Positions 24,948-42,237 of a stretch of 64,000 nt of DNA are shown one piece after another. The translations under genes were made by a program, and so were the position numbers. The notes below the pieces were generated by a model, which searched no databases, was not told where the DNA came from, and worked only from the letters and a program-made list of their open reading frames with translations. Source of the DNA: Macrostomum lignano (Eukaryota); NCBI GenBank assembly GCA_002269645.1, contig NIVC01002547.1, positions 60,849 through 124,848 of the forward strand, read 5' to 3'. Position 1 is the stretch's first letter. Each line of letters opens with the position of its first letter.

Positions 24948-26141
24948 ATGTGCCAGCAGGAAGGACGGCTGGCCACGACTTTCTTGCGGCCGCTGCAGAC
25001 GCATTTCTTCGTCCCAGACGACGGGCACAAGTGCACGCCGAAGCGCCTGATTGACTTCTGCCTGACTCCGGCTCCCAGCGATGATGCAGATGCAAGGGAA
25101 TTGCGCTCCGCCTCAGAGAGTCTGGTTTGCTCCATGTTCTGCTCGGTGGAGGCCCAGAAGCGGTTCTTTCATCTGAAGGTGAAGACGGTGTTCCCACTGA
25201 AGGCGGCCCACCTGCTGCTGCGCTGCCGCTACCTCAGCAAGGAGAGCAGCTGGAAGGAGCTGGCGTTTCACTCCCGCCTGAGCGTGTGGAACAAGTGCGA
25301 TGTGTCCCTGTTCTGGGTGCGCCGAGACCTCATCCAGCACGACACCAGCTACAGGGACCGCTACCGGATCCTCGTGGACTTTGACCTGGTCCACTGCGAC
25401 TGGTTCCCGCCCGAGAACCCCTACTTCGCGGACAAGGCCTGTCAGGTGTACCTGGAGGGCGCGGCGCCTAAATGTCTCCCGGCGCTGCCCGGCTTCAGCG
25501 ACGAGCGGCATCACCCGGACTGCAACCTGGTGCTGGTCGCAGACGATGGCCGGCTGCTGACGCTGGCGGACCTGCTCACCGCGGTGTCGCCGGTCTTCGC
25601 TCGCATGCTCAGCCGCTGCGACGACCACGACGCTGCCGGCCGGCGGCGGCTGCGGCTGCCGGGCAAGTCGACCGCCGAGCTTGAAGAGCTGCTACGTCTA
25701 ATGCACCCGGCCACGCCGCACCGGCTCAGCCTGCAGCAGGCGCCCTCGGTGCTGACGCTGGCCGAAGAGTACCAGATCGACCACCTGAAGGAGACTGCCG
25801 AAGAGCTCATAATCCATTCTTTTGCGGCCATGCACGACGGCGAGGCGACCGAGGACGATGCGGAGGGCGGCGATGCATCCTTGGAAGTGCCGGCGCAAGG
25901 CCAGGCCTCCTCAAAGCTGTTGGACAGCCTTCGGCCCTCGGCCATGGACGGTTACGCGCTGGCGCGCATGTACAACTGCCAGCGCCTGGAGCAGACCTGC
26001 GTGCGCCTCCTCATGGACTGGAGCGTGGAGCAGATCGAGCGCCATCCCGTGTTCAACCGCATGGACAAGGAGGACCGCTGCGCGCTCGCTCTGGCCCGCA
26101 TGCGAATCATGGAGACTGCCGCCATTTCCAGGATGCACTGA
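24948..26141 (+). CDS. BTB/POZ protein with a probable N-terminal MATH/TRAF-like domain; single coding exon
   Basis: Open GC3-rich ORF. BTB signature PDCNLVLVADDGRLL...LLTAVSPVFARML...RLRLPGKSTAELEELLRLMHP...SVLTLAEEYQIDHLKETAEELII. The upstream beta-rich segment is only tentatively MATH. ATG at 24948 chosen because the ORF-track start is GTG. Confidence 0.8.
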   Translation: MCQQEGRLATTFLRPLQTHFFVPDDGHKCTPKRLIDFCLTPAPSDDADARELRSASESLVCSMFCSVEAQKRFFHLKVKTVFPLKAAHLLLRCRYLSKESSWKELAFHSRLSVWNKCDVSLFWVRRDLIQHDTSYRDRYRILVDFDLVHCDWFPPENPYFADKACQVYLEGAAPKCLPALPGFSDERHHPDCNLVLVADDGRLLTLADLLTAVSPVFARMLSRCDDHDAAGRRRLRLPGKSTAELEELLRLMHPATPHRLSLQQAPSVLTLAEEYQIDHLKETAEELIIHSFAAMHDGEATEDDAEGGDASLEVPAQGQASSKLLDSLRPSAMDGYALARMYNCQRLEQTCVRLLMDWSVEQIERHPVFNRMDKEDRCALALARMRIMETAAISRMH

Positions 26142-27902
26142 TACTACTGCTATAAGTAGTTGAAAGATATAGATGGTATAAAGGAAATATTATATCATTA
26201 ATAAAAAAATCCTACAGCTGGGAAACGAATATTTTCGTCGCTCAATCGTGACAGATTCTTAACTGCTGCTGGTCTTTTGTGCACGCCGTGCTGATTGATG
26301 CATATTGATGCATATTGATGCCGTGCTGAATTTTGTGATTCTGTACTTCCGTACGTCCTTAGAATTGGAGCGCCATCGCACCTCTGTCGGGTCTTAGTGT
26401 GGACTGCAGGCCTTATAGTGTGGATTGCAGTGCAACGTATCTACGTATGCAACGTAGCCCGGCGCCGATACTCCTAATTTGATTTGGCATGGCCGCAGAC
26501 ACGGCAGCAGCTCACTACTCGTAGGAAAGGCTTTCCTATTTTGCGGCTGCGATCCCCTAATTAGCTGCCTCCACTTCCCGCTAATTGGCTCCGTCTAGAG
26601 CTCTCAGCTGCCACGCGAGCTGCTTGCGTGTCTCCGAGGATGCCGTGCCGATAAGCCTCTGGCCTCCCAAGCAGGGGACACGCAGCTCTCCGCTCCGGTT
26701 GCCGGACTTCCCGGATCAGTTTGTCCCGCCTTGTCCGCGGCTTCCTGGAATTCCGAACGGCGGCTATCGACTCCGCTTTCCTAATCGAATTTCTCAGCTG
26801 AAGTTGATGCCTTCAGCCGGGCATCCCAGCCCGCACAGTTCGATTTCTCAGGCCTTCCCTTTGCACGCACGAGAAAGCCGAGCTGCCTGCCGCAGTCTCA
26901 GCTGCAACTCGCAAGATTTCCGCGCTTCTCCTGCTTGCCTGCTCTGGCAGGGGAGCTTGCAGCAAACCGCTGCATGCAGGCTAATGCAACATTGGCTGCA
27001 GAGAAGACTCAGAGGCTCAACATGAGCAATTAGATTGAGCTTGCCAATTTTCCTTTTATTGCTGCTAACTTCTGTAGAAACTTGCGAAACTCAACATAGC
27101 TGTTTTGGTGCACACCTATGTACATCAATGAATAACTAATTAGCCTGGACTATGAATAAGGTCCATAAAATAAGCCTCTGGCCTCTCCTAGCTCCCAATC
27201 AAGGAACATGCAGAGTCCAAGGACACCTGAAGGCAAATATGTGAAATCTCAAGTATTCCTGCATTCAGAATTTTTGTGCACGCTCAAAACTATACAGCTA
27301 AGAAGATGGCTCGCAGCTCTGAAAGCCGAAAGGAGTACATTAATTACCCCAGAAGTGCACCCAGATGGAGCCTGGCGCAATCATATCCAAATAACTAGGA
27401 AGATAAAGGCCGGCATTCACAAGATTTTAAGACCATCAAATCTGATTCGGCTAGCAGTTGCGGTTTATTCAATATATTTTACGGGCGAGTGTCCGAGGCC
27501 GCAAAGGCTTGCAGCGGAATGGGTTCGGGAGCGCACAGACAGACAGGCAGGTGCGAGCAGGCCGGGGTGATCAGAAAGGTAAAACCGCCAAACAGCCAAA
27601 AGTAAAGAAAAAAATGACACCGAGAGGGAAAGTGTAAACATAATTTTTGATTAACGAGAGCCGAGCGGACACGGCGGTGCACGGCAGACCCCCACTGTTT
27701 TGCAACACTAACTGGGGCCACGGCAGTCAACTGTTATATAGTTTGATCCTGGCTAGAAAATGCACTGACACGGGGCGGTGACGGCATTGGCAGTAGATAA
27801 GGATACGAGTATTTTATAATAATCAGAGCTAGAACAAAAAACGCGGAAAATCGGACGAAACAGAGAGTACATCAGGAGTTTAGCCAGGCAGGTGAAAGTT
27901 TG

Positions 27903-28821
27903 AGACTGCTCACAATCACGCTAACAGATGAGAATTCAAGAGTGCTCACAATCACGCTAACAGATGAGAATTCAAGAGTGCTCACAATCACGCTAACAGA
28001 TGAGAATTCAAGAGTGCTCACAATCACGCTAACAGATGAGAATTCAAGACTGCTCACAATCACGCTAACAGATGAGAATTCAAGAGTGCTCACAATCACG
28101 CTAACAGATGAGAATTCAAGAGTGCTCACAATCACGCTAACAGATGAGAGTTCAAGACTGCTCACAATCACGCTAACAGATGAGAGTTCAAGACTGCTCA
28201 CAATCACGCTAACAGATGAGAGTTCAAGACTGCTCACAATCACGCTAACAGAAGACTGCTCACAATCACGCTAACAGATGAGAATTCAAGAGTGCTCACA
28301 ATCACGCTAACAGGTGAGAATTCAAGAGTGCTCACAATCACGCTAACAGGTGAGAATTCAAGACTGCTCACAATCACGCTAACAGATGAGAATTCAAGAC
28401 TGCTCACAATCACGCTAACAGATGAGAATTCAAGACTGCTCCCAATCACGCTAACAGATGAGAATTCAAGACTGCTCACAATCACGCTAACAGATGAGAA
28501 TTCAAGACTGCTCACAATCACGCTAACAGATGAGAATTCAAGAGTGCTCACAATCACGCTAACAGATGAGAATTCAAGACTGCTCACAATCACGCTAACA
28601 GATGAGAATTCAAGAGTGCTCACAATCACGCTAACAGATGAGAATTCAAGACTGCTCACAATCACGCTAACAGATGAGAATTCAAGAGTGCTCACAATCA
28701 CGCTAACAGATGAGAATTCAAAACTGCTCACAATCACGCTAACAGATGAGAATTCAAGACTGCTCACAATCACGCTAACAGGTGAGAATTCAAGACTGCT
28801 CACAATCACGCTAACAGATGA
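27903..28821. repeat. 36-bp minisatellite downstream of the BiP stop codon (CTGCTCACAATCACGCTAACAGATGAGAATTCAAGA)
   Basis: About 25 copies with one deleted unit near 28250. Confidence 0.97.
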
Positions 28822-28949
28822 GATTCGGCAATGAGAAAGCGGGAAATTCCACTAACAACTGCAAACGGAGCACGACAGCAAGATAATTAGATAAGCTTTA
28901 CGATATGCAGTTTAGCAGCTTGGCGGTGTCCGAGTCACAACCCCTGCGC

Positions 28950-34443
<5,494 letters not shown>

Positions 34444-35378
34444 AGAGAATTATCTGGGCTCAAGGGAGCATGCATGACAAATAGCAATCAATTTGTTGTT
34501 TGTCATAATAATAATGTCTATAAAACAATACATTTGAGACAATAACATATTTTATTTAAATTATAATACACTAGTTTAGAACAATGAAAACATTATTTAT
34601 TTTCCTTTTATTCTTTTTTTCAGCTATCATTTAAGCTTAAAAACATAAAAATGTTAGCAAATAATGTCAAAAATAAACTTTAGTTGAGAGTCCATATTTA
34701 ACATTAAATTGTAAGAATTGAGATATATTTTTGCTATAAAAAATATTGTTAAAAAATCTATATACCCAATACTAACATTAAACCATATATAGAATATACT
34801 ATAATATAAAAAAATATTACTTATATACACTATTGATTAAAGTGAAAAAATAAAGCTTAACAAGTTAACTAAAATGATTTATTGAATAATGGATGTATTG
34901 AATAAAAATTAAGTTAAAAGCTCCTATTTCATAACACTGCTAATGTACCTAAAACAAAAACCAACCAAATACAAATACAAAAAACAATTTCCTATCAGTT
35001 CAGTGCAAGTTATGCAAAATCTGTTGAGCCTAGTTTTCATTTTAAAAATCAATTTTGGTTACAGTTACACTGCTCTTATTTGCTTATATAGTAATAAATA
35101 GCTGTTAGATAGCTTATGAAAACAAAAGAAGAATGACTTTAATGATGTTTTATGGTGTAGACAAATATTAAATAAAAAACAATCCTAATTTTATACAATT
35201 TACTTTCCATGATACAAATTCAAGAGTCGTCTACTACAGAGCTTTTAATTAACTTGCTTCATATGCGACGCCATTGCAGTTGTTCAGAGCAAACTATTAT
35301 TAACTGGAACCTTGTCAATAACCTTCCCTTACAGGACAGCTTAACGAGTAAGATCCAGTTAGCAATTATCGTGGATCA

Positions 35379-35390
35379 TGCGCACGCGCG
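35379..35390. promoter_or_regulatory. NRF1/alpha-Pal-type motif TGCGCACGCGCG in the BiP-GST divergent promoter
   Basis: Matches YGCGCAYGCGCR and is a rare GC-rich element in an AT-rich 1.25-kb intergenic region. Confidence 0.45.
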
Positions 35391-35697
35391 GTAACTCAAA
35401 CTTATACTCCCAGTTTTACATTTTAAAAGCGTACCTTCCAGAGGCAAATAATATAAATAATGTATTTTTTGAAGCACATATATTTATAAAATTCAATTTT
35501 TATATTTAGAAACAACATTTACCGCTGGATTCTGTTTTAGTAAAACTGTTTTGTTCATTCTGTTTTTATTCAAAAACTGAAAATTCTAAGACACCCTCAT
35601 TATGAGCTGATGAAGTTAAGTAACAGTTAACGATTAGCAATTAAATCAGACAGTGCGATTTTTGATAAATATATAAAGAACAGGCAAAATAAAAACA

Positions 35698-37380
35698 ATG
35701 AGTCTTAAAGTATATTATGATCTAATGTCCCAGCCTGCTAGAGCAGTTTTGCTTTTTCTAAAGAAAAATTCTATTGAACACACACCTGTTTTAATTGATC
35801 TTCGTCGGCGTAAGTAGGTGGTGTATTTTATTATGCTTGCTTTGCATTCAATGTGTATTATTCGTATACAGCTTTAAAATCGAATCTCAAATTCTTTCCT
35901 ATTCTTTCCTATACATAGTTTTGGCACATTTTCTCATTTACTTGCATAGCTTTTCAAATCAAAGTTATTTACATTTTAAATTTTATCAATGCAGATAATA
36001 AATAGCACTCCATCCTTGGAACTTTCACTAAAGATCCTTTCCTTTTCACTAAAAAAAGACAAATTATAGATGAATAGACAGGCTAGACACTTGCTAACCA
36101 TAGATGCTAGCATTACACTAGGTTTTGGGGCACAGTTATACCAGGATAAAAGATATAAATAGTATGAGTTTGATTTGTCTAAATGCTTACTTCTGAATAA
36201 CAATTAAAGTGTATTGAAATTCCCTAACTATTTTACTATTTAAAAAAATGACATACCTCAACACCACAGTTTTAGCCCAATGGCCTTTCAGTTCTCAGAA
36301 AGAAACCAAGCTTCTATAATCAGTTTTCTTTTATGTTTATGAGTATGATAAAAAATAAGAATGAGTCCAAGTCCATAAAATCTAGCAAGCTCATCTCAAT
36401 CAATCTCTGCAGGTGCACACCTGACTGACGAATTTCGTCAGGTGAACCATTTCCAGCGAGTCCCAGCCATCGAGGACAGCGGCTTCTGCCTGTCTGAGAG
36501 CGCTGCCATCCTGCGCTATCTGTGTCGCCGCTTCCCCTGTCCAGACCACTGGTACCCAAAGGATCTGCAGGCCAGGGCTCGCATTGACCAGTATCTGGAT
36601 TGGCAGCATCTCAACACCCGGCTGAATGCCGCGCTGCTGTTCCAGACTCTCGTCATCCGGCCTCGCGCCACTGGCCAACCTGTGGACCAGCAGCGGGCTG
36701 ACTTCTATCGGCAGGTGAGATCTTATTTTGCCAGCGTCCTAGAATCTCACCCAAGGTGTCTTTTTCATATACTCTCACGCGAGTGTCATCACTTTCCTAG
36801 AAATCTCACCTTAGGTGTCGCTTTCATAGAAATCCCACATCGGGTTTCTTACAAATCTCACCTCAGGTGTCCCTTTTCTAGAAATCTAACCCCGGGGAAG
36901 GTGTTGCTTTCGTGACACTTTCTTAGAAATCCTACATCTGGTGTCGCTTTTTTGAAATCTTAGCTCAGGTTTTCTAAAAATCACCCCAGGTATCGACTTT
37001 CTGGCATCTCACCTCAGGCGTGTTGCCTTCTTAGAATTGAATCGCCGCCAATTAATTCGATCCACCACCTCTCACAGGAGCTGGCTGGCACGCTCGACCA
37101 CCTGGAGAATTTTTTCCTCCGAGACACGCCGTACCTGGCGGCGGACCGGATTAGCATCGCCGATCTGCTGGCGGCCTGCGAGCTCGAGCAGCCAACCGCC
37201 TGCGGCTTCAGCTACAGCGCCGAGTCGCACCCGCGCCTGCTGGCCTGGATGGGCCGCGTCAAGGCTGACCTGGCGCCGCACTTTGAAGAGGCTCACCGGA
37301 TTCTCTACATGGTGCGGGACCGCTACAACTCCAGGCAGTTGGACACAGGCTCCGGTGGCGGCCCCGCACCCCGCATCTGA
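35698..37380 (+). CDS. GSTT1: Glutathione S-transferase, theta class, 238 aa; exons 35698-35809, 36413-36714, 37078-37380
   Basis: MSLKVYYDLMSQPARAV (catalytic Ser motif), RVPAIEDSGFCLSESAAILRYL, WYPKDLQARARIDQYLDWQH and ISIADLLAACELEQP. Exon lengths 112+302+303 give an open frame. Exon 1 is missing from the supplied ORF track. Confidence 0.93.
36735..37035. repeat. Degenerate ~30-bp tandem repeat in GST intron 2 (TTTCTAGAAATCTCACCTNAGGTGTCGC)
   Basis: About 9 diverged copies. Confidence 0.7.
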
Positions 37381-37394
37381 GCTGGCCCGGCGGT

Positions 37395-37862
37395 CCTCTG
37401 AGTTGCAGACAGATGACCTTTTGCAAACAATTTGATTCAGTAGCTGGCAGCGCCTCTGAGTTGCAGACAGATGACCTTTTGCAAACAATTTGATTCAGTA
37501 GCTGGCAGCGCCTCTGAGTTGCAGACAGATGACCTTTTGCAAACAATTTGATTCAGTAGCTGGCAGCGCCTCTGAGTTGCAGACAGATGACCTTTTGCAA
37601 ACAATTTGATTCAGTAGCTGGCAGCGCCTCTGAGTTGCAGACAGATGACCTTTTGCAAACAATTTGATTCAGTAGCTGGCAGCGCCTCTGAGTTGCAGAC
37701 AGATGACCTTTTGCAAACAATTTGATTCAGTAGCTGGCAGCGCCTCTGAGTTGCAGACAGATGACCTTTTGCAAACAATTTGATTCAGTAGCTGGCAGCG
37801 CCTCTGAGTTGCAGACAGATGACCTTTTGCAAACAATTTGATTCAGTAGCTGGCAGCGCCTG
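37395..37862. repeat. 58-bp tandem repeat starting 15 bp after the GST stop codon
   Basis: 8 essentially identical copies. Confidence 0.97.
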
Positions 37863-37991
37863 CCGCCCCTTGGACTGAGAGCTCGATCATTTCTAGCGAG
37901 AGAAATCTTTTCCGCAGTGCCTGAGCTGCAGGCCGATCTGCTGCTGCTCATCTAATTGTTACTGATGCCTTGGTGTGCCGCATTTGCGATT

Positions 37992-38150
37992 CCACACTGA
38001 TTCCCCGCAGCGGTCCGCCAGTGCTATCAGCAATTCCCCACTGATTCCCCGCAGCGGTCCGCTAGTGCTATCAGCAATTCCCCACTGATTCCCCGCAGCG
38101 GTCCGCCAGTGCTATCAGCAATTCCCCACTGATTCCCCGCAGCGGTCCGC
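37992..38150. repeat. 44-bp tandem repeat
   Basis: About 3.5 copies of TTCCCCACTGATTCCCCGCAGCGGTCCGCCAGTGCTATCAGCAA. Confidence 0.9.
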
Positions 38151-38405
38151 AGTGTAGCATGTAGCTTGTCAGATCAAAAAGTTCCAATTTTTGAAGAAAT
38201 TCACTTTGATTTTTGCGGCGCCGTTCTTTCACAATAAATTTCTTTCTGCTGCAGTTTAGCATCGAAATCAGCAGGCGTTTGTCCTCCATCTTCTCATTTT
38301 TTCAACTTTTAGCCTCCATATTGCGTGCTGGTGGATATGAGGCTTACAGCAACTCTCTCGCTTACCCTGCATTGGTGAAGGCCTGGAAACTGAATCGGTC
38401 GATTG

Positions 38406-41400
38406 GCCAAACCCAGTGACCAATCTGAATGCAAACACTGTGACCAAACCCAGTGACCAATCTGAATGCAAACACTGTGACCAAACCCAGTGACCAATCT
38501 GAATGCAAACACTGTGACCAAACCCAGTGACAAATCTGAATGCAAACACTGTGACCAAACCCAGTGACCAATCTGAATGCAAACACTGTGACCAAACCCG
38601 GGGGGGCCGTAGCCCAGCGGTAGCGCAGCTGCTCTGGTGTGCCGCGACCCAGGCTCGATTCCAAGTGCAGCCACATTAATTTGGGGCTGAATTGGAATCT
38701 CGGCTTGGCTCGCTTGTGCAATTAACGGCCTTGAGAGCCAACCCCCCAAGGCGCAGTGAAGTGTACATGCCTAACAATTGATAAAGTTAGGGCCGCTGTA
38801 CACTCCTGTGTGAGTGTGTGCCTGCGTAACGTATCCGCGCGCTTGTATGCCTGCTCAGGGGAGTCGGCGGAATGGGCAGTAATGCCTCTCGCCGGTTGTG
38901 TGCCAATGACGCTTAAATTGCGCCAGGGTGCACACAACCCCCCTGCCTCTAATAAAAAAAATGTGACCAAACCCAGTGACCGATCTGAATGCAAACACTG
39001 TGACCAAACCCAGTGACCAATCTGAATGCAAACACTGTGACCAAACCCAGTGACCGATCTGAATGCAAACACTGTGACCAAACCCAGTGACCGATCTGAA
39101 TGCAAACACTGTGACCAAACCCAGTGACCAATCTGAATGCAAACACTGTGACCAAACCCCGGCCAGTGACCAATCTGAATGCAAACACTGTGACCAAACC
39201 CAGTGACCGATCTGAATGCAAACACTGTGACCAATCTGAGTACAAACACTGTGACCAAACCCAGTGACCAATCTGAATGCAAACACTGTGACCAAACCCA
39301 GTGACCGATCTGAATGCAAACACTGTGACCAAACCCAGTGACCAATCTGAATGCAAACACTGTGACCAAACCCCGGCCAGTGACCAATCTGAATGCAAAC
39401 ACTGTGACCAAACCCAGTGACCGATCTGAATGCAAACACTGTGACCAAACCCAGTGACCGATCTGAATGCAAACAATGTGACCAAACCCAGTGACCAATC
39501 TGAATGCAAACACTGTGACCAAACCCAGTGACCAATCTGAATGCAAACACTGTGACCAAACCCAGTGACCGATCTGAATGCAAACAATGTGACCAAACCC
39601 AGTGACCAATCTGAATGCAAACACTGTGACCAAACCCAGTGACCAATCTGAATGCAAACACTGTGACCAAACCCAGTGACCAATCTGAATGCAAGCACTG
39701 ACCAAACCCAGTGACCAATCTGAATGCAAACACTGTGACCAAACCCAGTGACCGATCTGAATGCAAACACTGTGACCAAACCCAGTGACCGATCTGAATG
39801 CAAACACTGTGACCAAACCCAGTGACCAATCTGAATGCAAACACTGTGACCAAACCCCGGCCAGTGACCAATCTGAATGCAAACACTGTGACCAAACCCA
39901 GTGACCGATCTGAATGCAAACACTGTGACCAAACCCAGTGACCGATCTGAATGCAAACAATGTGACCAAACCCAGTGACCAATCTGAATGCAAACACTGT
40001 GACCAAACCCAGTGACCAATCTGAATGCAAACACTGTGACCAAACCCAGTGACCAATCTGAATGCAAGCACTGACCAAACCCAGTGACCAATCTGAATGC
40101 AAACCAGTGACCAATCTGAATGCAAACCCAGTGACAAATCTGAATGCAAACACTGTAACCAATCTGAATGCAAACCCAGTGACCAATCTGAATGCAAACC
40201 CAGTGACCAATCTGAATGCAAACTCAGTGACAAATCTGAATGCAAACACTGTGACCAATCTGAATGCAAACACTGTGACCAATCTGAATGCAAACCAGTG
40301 ACCAATCTGAAAGCAAACCAGTGACCAATCTGAATGCAAACCAGTGACCAATCTGAATGCAAACCCAGTGACAAATCTGAATGCAAACACTGTGACCAAT
40401 CTGAATGCAAACCCAGTGACCAATCTGAATGCAAACCCAGTGACCAATCTGAATGCAAACCAGTGACCAATCTGAATGCAAACCCAGTGACCAATCTGAA
40501 TGCAAACCCAGTGACAAATCTGAATGCAAACACTGTGACCAATCTGAATGCAAACCCAGTGACCAATCTGAATGCAAACCCAGTGACAAATCTGAATGCA
40601 AACACTGTGACCAATATGAGTACAAACACTGTGACCAAACCCAGTGACCGATATGAATGCAAACACTGTGACCAAACCCAGTGACCAATCTGAATGCAAA
40701 CACTGTGACCAAACCCAGTGACCGATATGAATGCAAACACTGTGACCAAACCCAGTGACCAATCTGAATGCAAACACTGTGACCAAACCCAGTGACCAAT
40801 CTGAATGCAAACACTGTGACCAAACCCAGTGACCGATATGAATGCAAACACTGTGACCAAACCCAGTGACCAATCTGAATGCAAACACTGTGACCAAACC
40901 CAGTGACCAATCTGAATGCAAACACTGTGACCAAACCCAGTGACCAATCTGAATGCAAACACTGTGACCAAACCCAGTGACAAATCTGAATGCAAACACT
41001 GTGACCAAACCCAGTGACCAATCTGAATGCAAACACTGTGACCAAACCCCGGCCAGTGACCAATCTGAATGCAAACACTGTGACCAAACCCAGTGACCAA
41101 TCTGAATGCAAACACTGTGACCAAACCCAGTGACCAATCTGAATGCAAACACTGTGACCAAACCCCGGCCAGTGACCAATCTGAATGCAAACACTGTGAC
41201 CAAACCCAGTGACCGATCTGAATGCAAACACTGTGACCAAACCCAGTGACCAATCTGAATGCAAACACTGTGACCAAACCCAGTGACCAATCTGAATGCA
41301 AACACTGTGACCAAACCCAGTGACCAATCTGAATGCAAACACTGTGACCAAACCCAGTGACCAATCTGAATGCAAACACTGTGACCAAACCCAGTGACCA

Positions 41401-42237
41401 ATCTGAATGCAAACACTGTGACCAAACCCAGTGACAAATCTGAATGCAAACACTGTGACCAAACCCAGTGACCAATCTGAATGCAAACATTGTGACCAAA
41501 CCCAGTGACCAATCTGAATGCAAACACTGTGACCAAACCCAGTGACCAATCTGAATGCAAACACTGTGACCAAACCCAGTGACCAATCTGAATGCAAACA
41601 CTGTGACCAAACCCCGGCCAGTGACCAATCTGAATGCAAACACTGTGACCAAACCCAGTGACCAATCTGAATGCAAACATTGTGACCAAACCCAGTGACC
41701 AATCTGAATGCAAACACTGTGACCAAACCCAGTGACCAATCTGAATGCAAACACTGTGACCAAACCCAGTGACCAATCTGAATGCAAACACTGTGACCAA
41801 ACCCCGGCCAGTGACCAATCTGAATGCAAACACTGTGACTAAACCCAGTGACCAATCTGAATGCAAACACTGTGACCAAACCCAGTGACCAATCTGAATG
41901 CAAACACTGTGACCAAACCCAGTGACCGATCTGAATGCAAACACTGTGACCAAACCCAGTGACAAATCTGAATGCAAACAAACACTGTGACCAAACCCAG
42001 TGACCGATCTGAATGCAAACACTGTGACCAAACCCTGTGACCAATCTGAATGCAAACGCTGTGACCAATCTGAATGCAAACGCTGTGACCAATCTGAATG
42101 CAAACGCTGTGACCAATCTGAATGCAAACGCTGTGACCAATCTGAATGCAAACGCTGTGACCAATCTGAATGCAAACACTGTGACCAAACCTAGTGACCA
42201 ATCTGAATGCAAACACTGTGACCAAACCCAGTGACCA
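38406..42237. repeat. 3.8-kb 37-bp minisatellite (CCAAACCCAGTGACCAATCTGAATGCAAACACTGTGA), interrupted by a SINE
   Basis: About 100 units, including 24-25 bp deletion variants (40090-40620, 42040-42180) and +5 bp CGGCC variants. The >1000-aa ORFs here are repeat translations. Confidence 0.97.
38600..38961 (+). mobile_element. tRNA-derived SINE, full length (362 bp), with 13-bp TSD
   Basis: tRNA-like head GGGGCCGTAGCCCAGCGGTAGCG with A box (38610-38620) and B box GGCTCGATTCC (38652-38662). 3' end AATAAAAAAAA. TSD TGTGACCAAACCC at 38587-38599 and 38962-38974. Confidence 0.88.

Noticed and set aside
35600-35660. Hammerhead ribozyme core CTGATGA (also near 56144)
   Set aside because: No correctly placed GAAA and no stem II or III pairing.
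37395-37862. CRISPR-like regular repeats (also 27903-28821 and 46968-47800)
   Set aside because: Head-to-tail units with no unique spacers, no cas genes and a eukaryotic context.
38600-38675. Functional tRNA gene
   Set aside because: A and B boxes are present but the acceptor and anticodon stems pair poorly, and it continues into a body, A-tail and TSD, so it is a SINE head.
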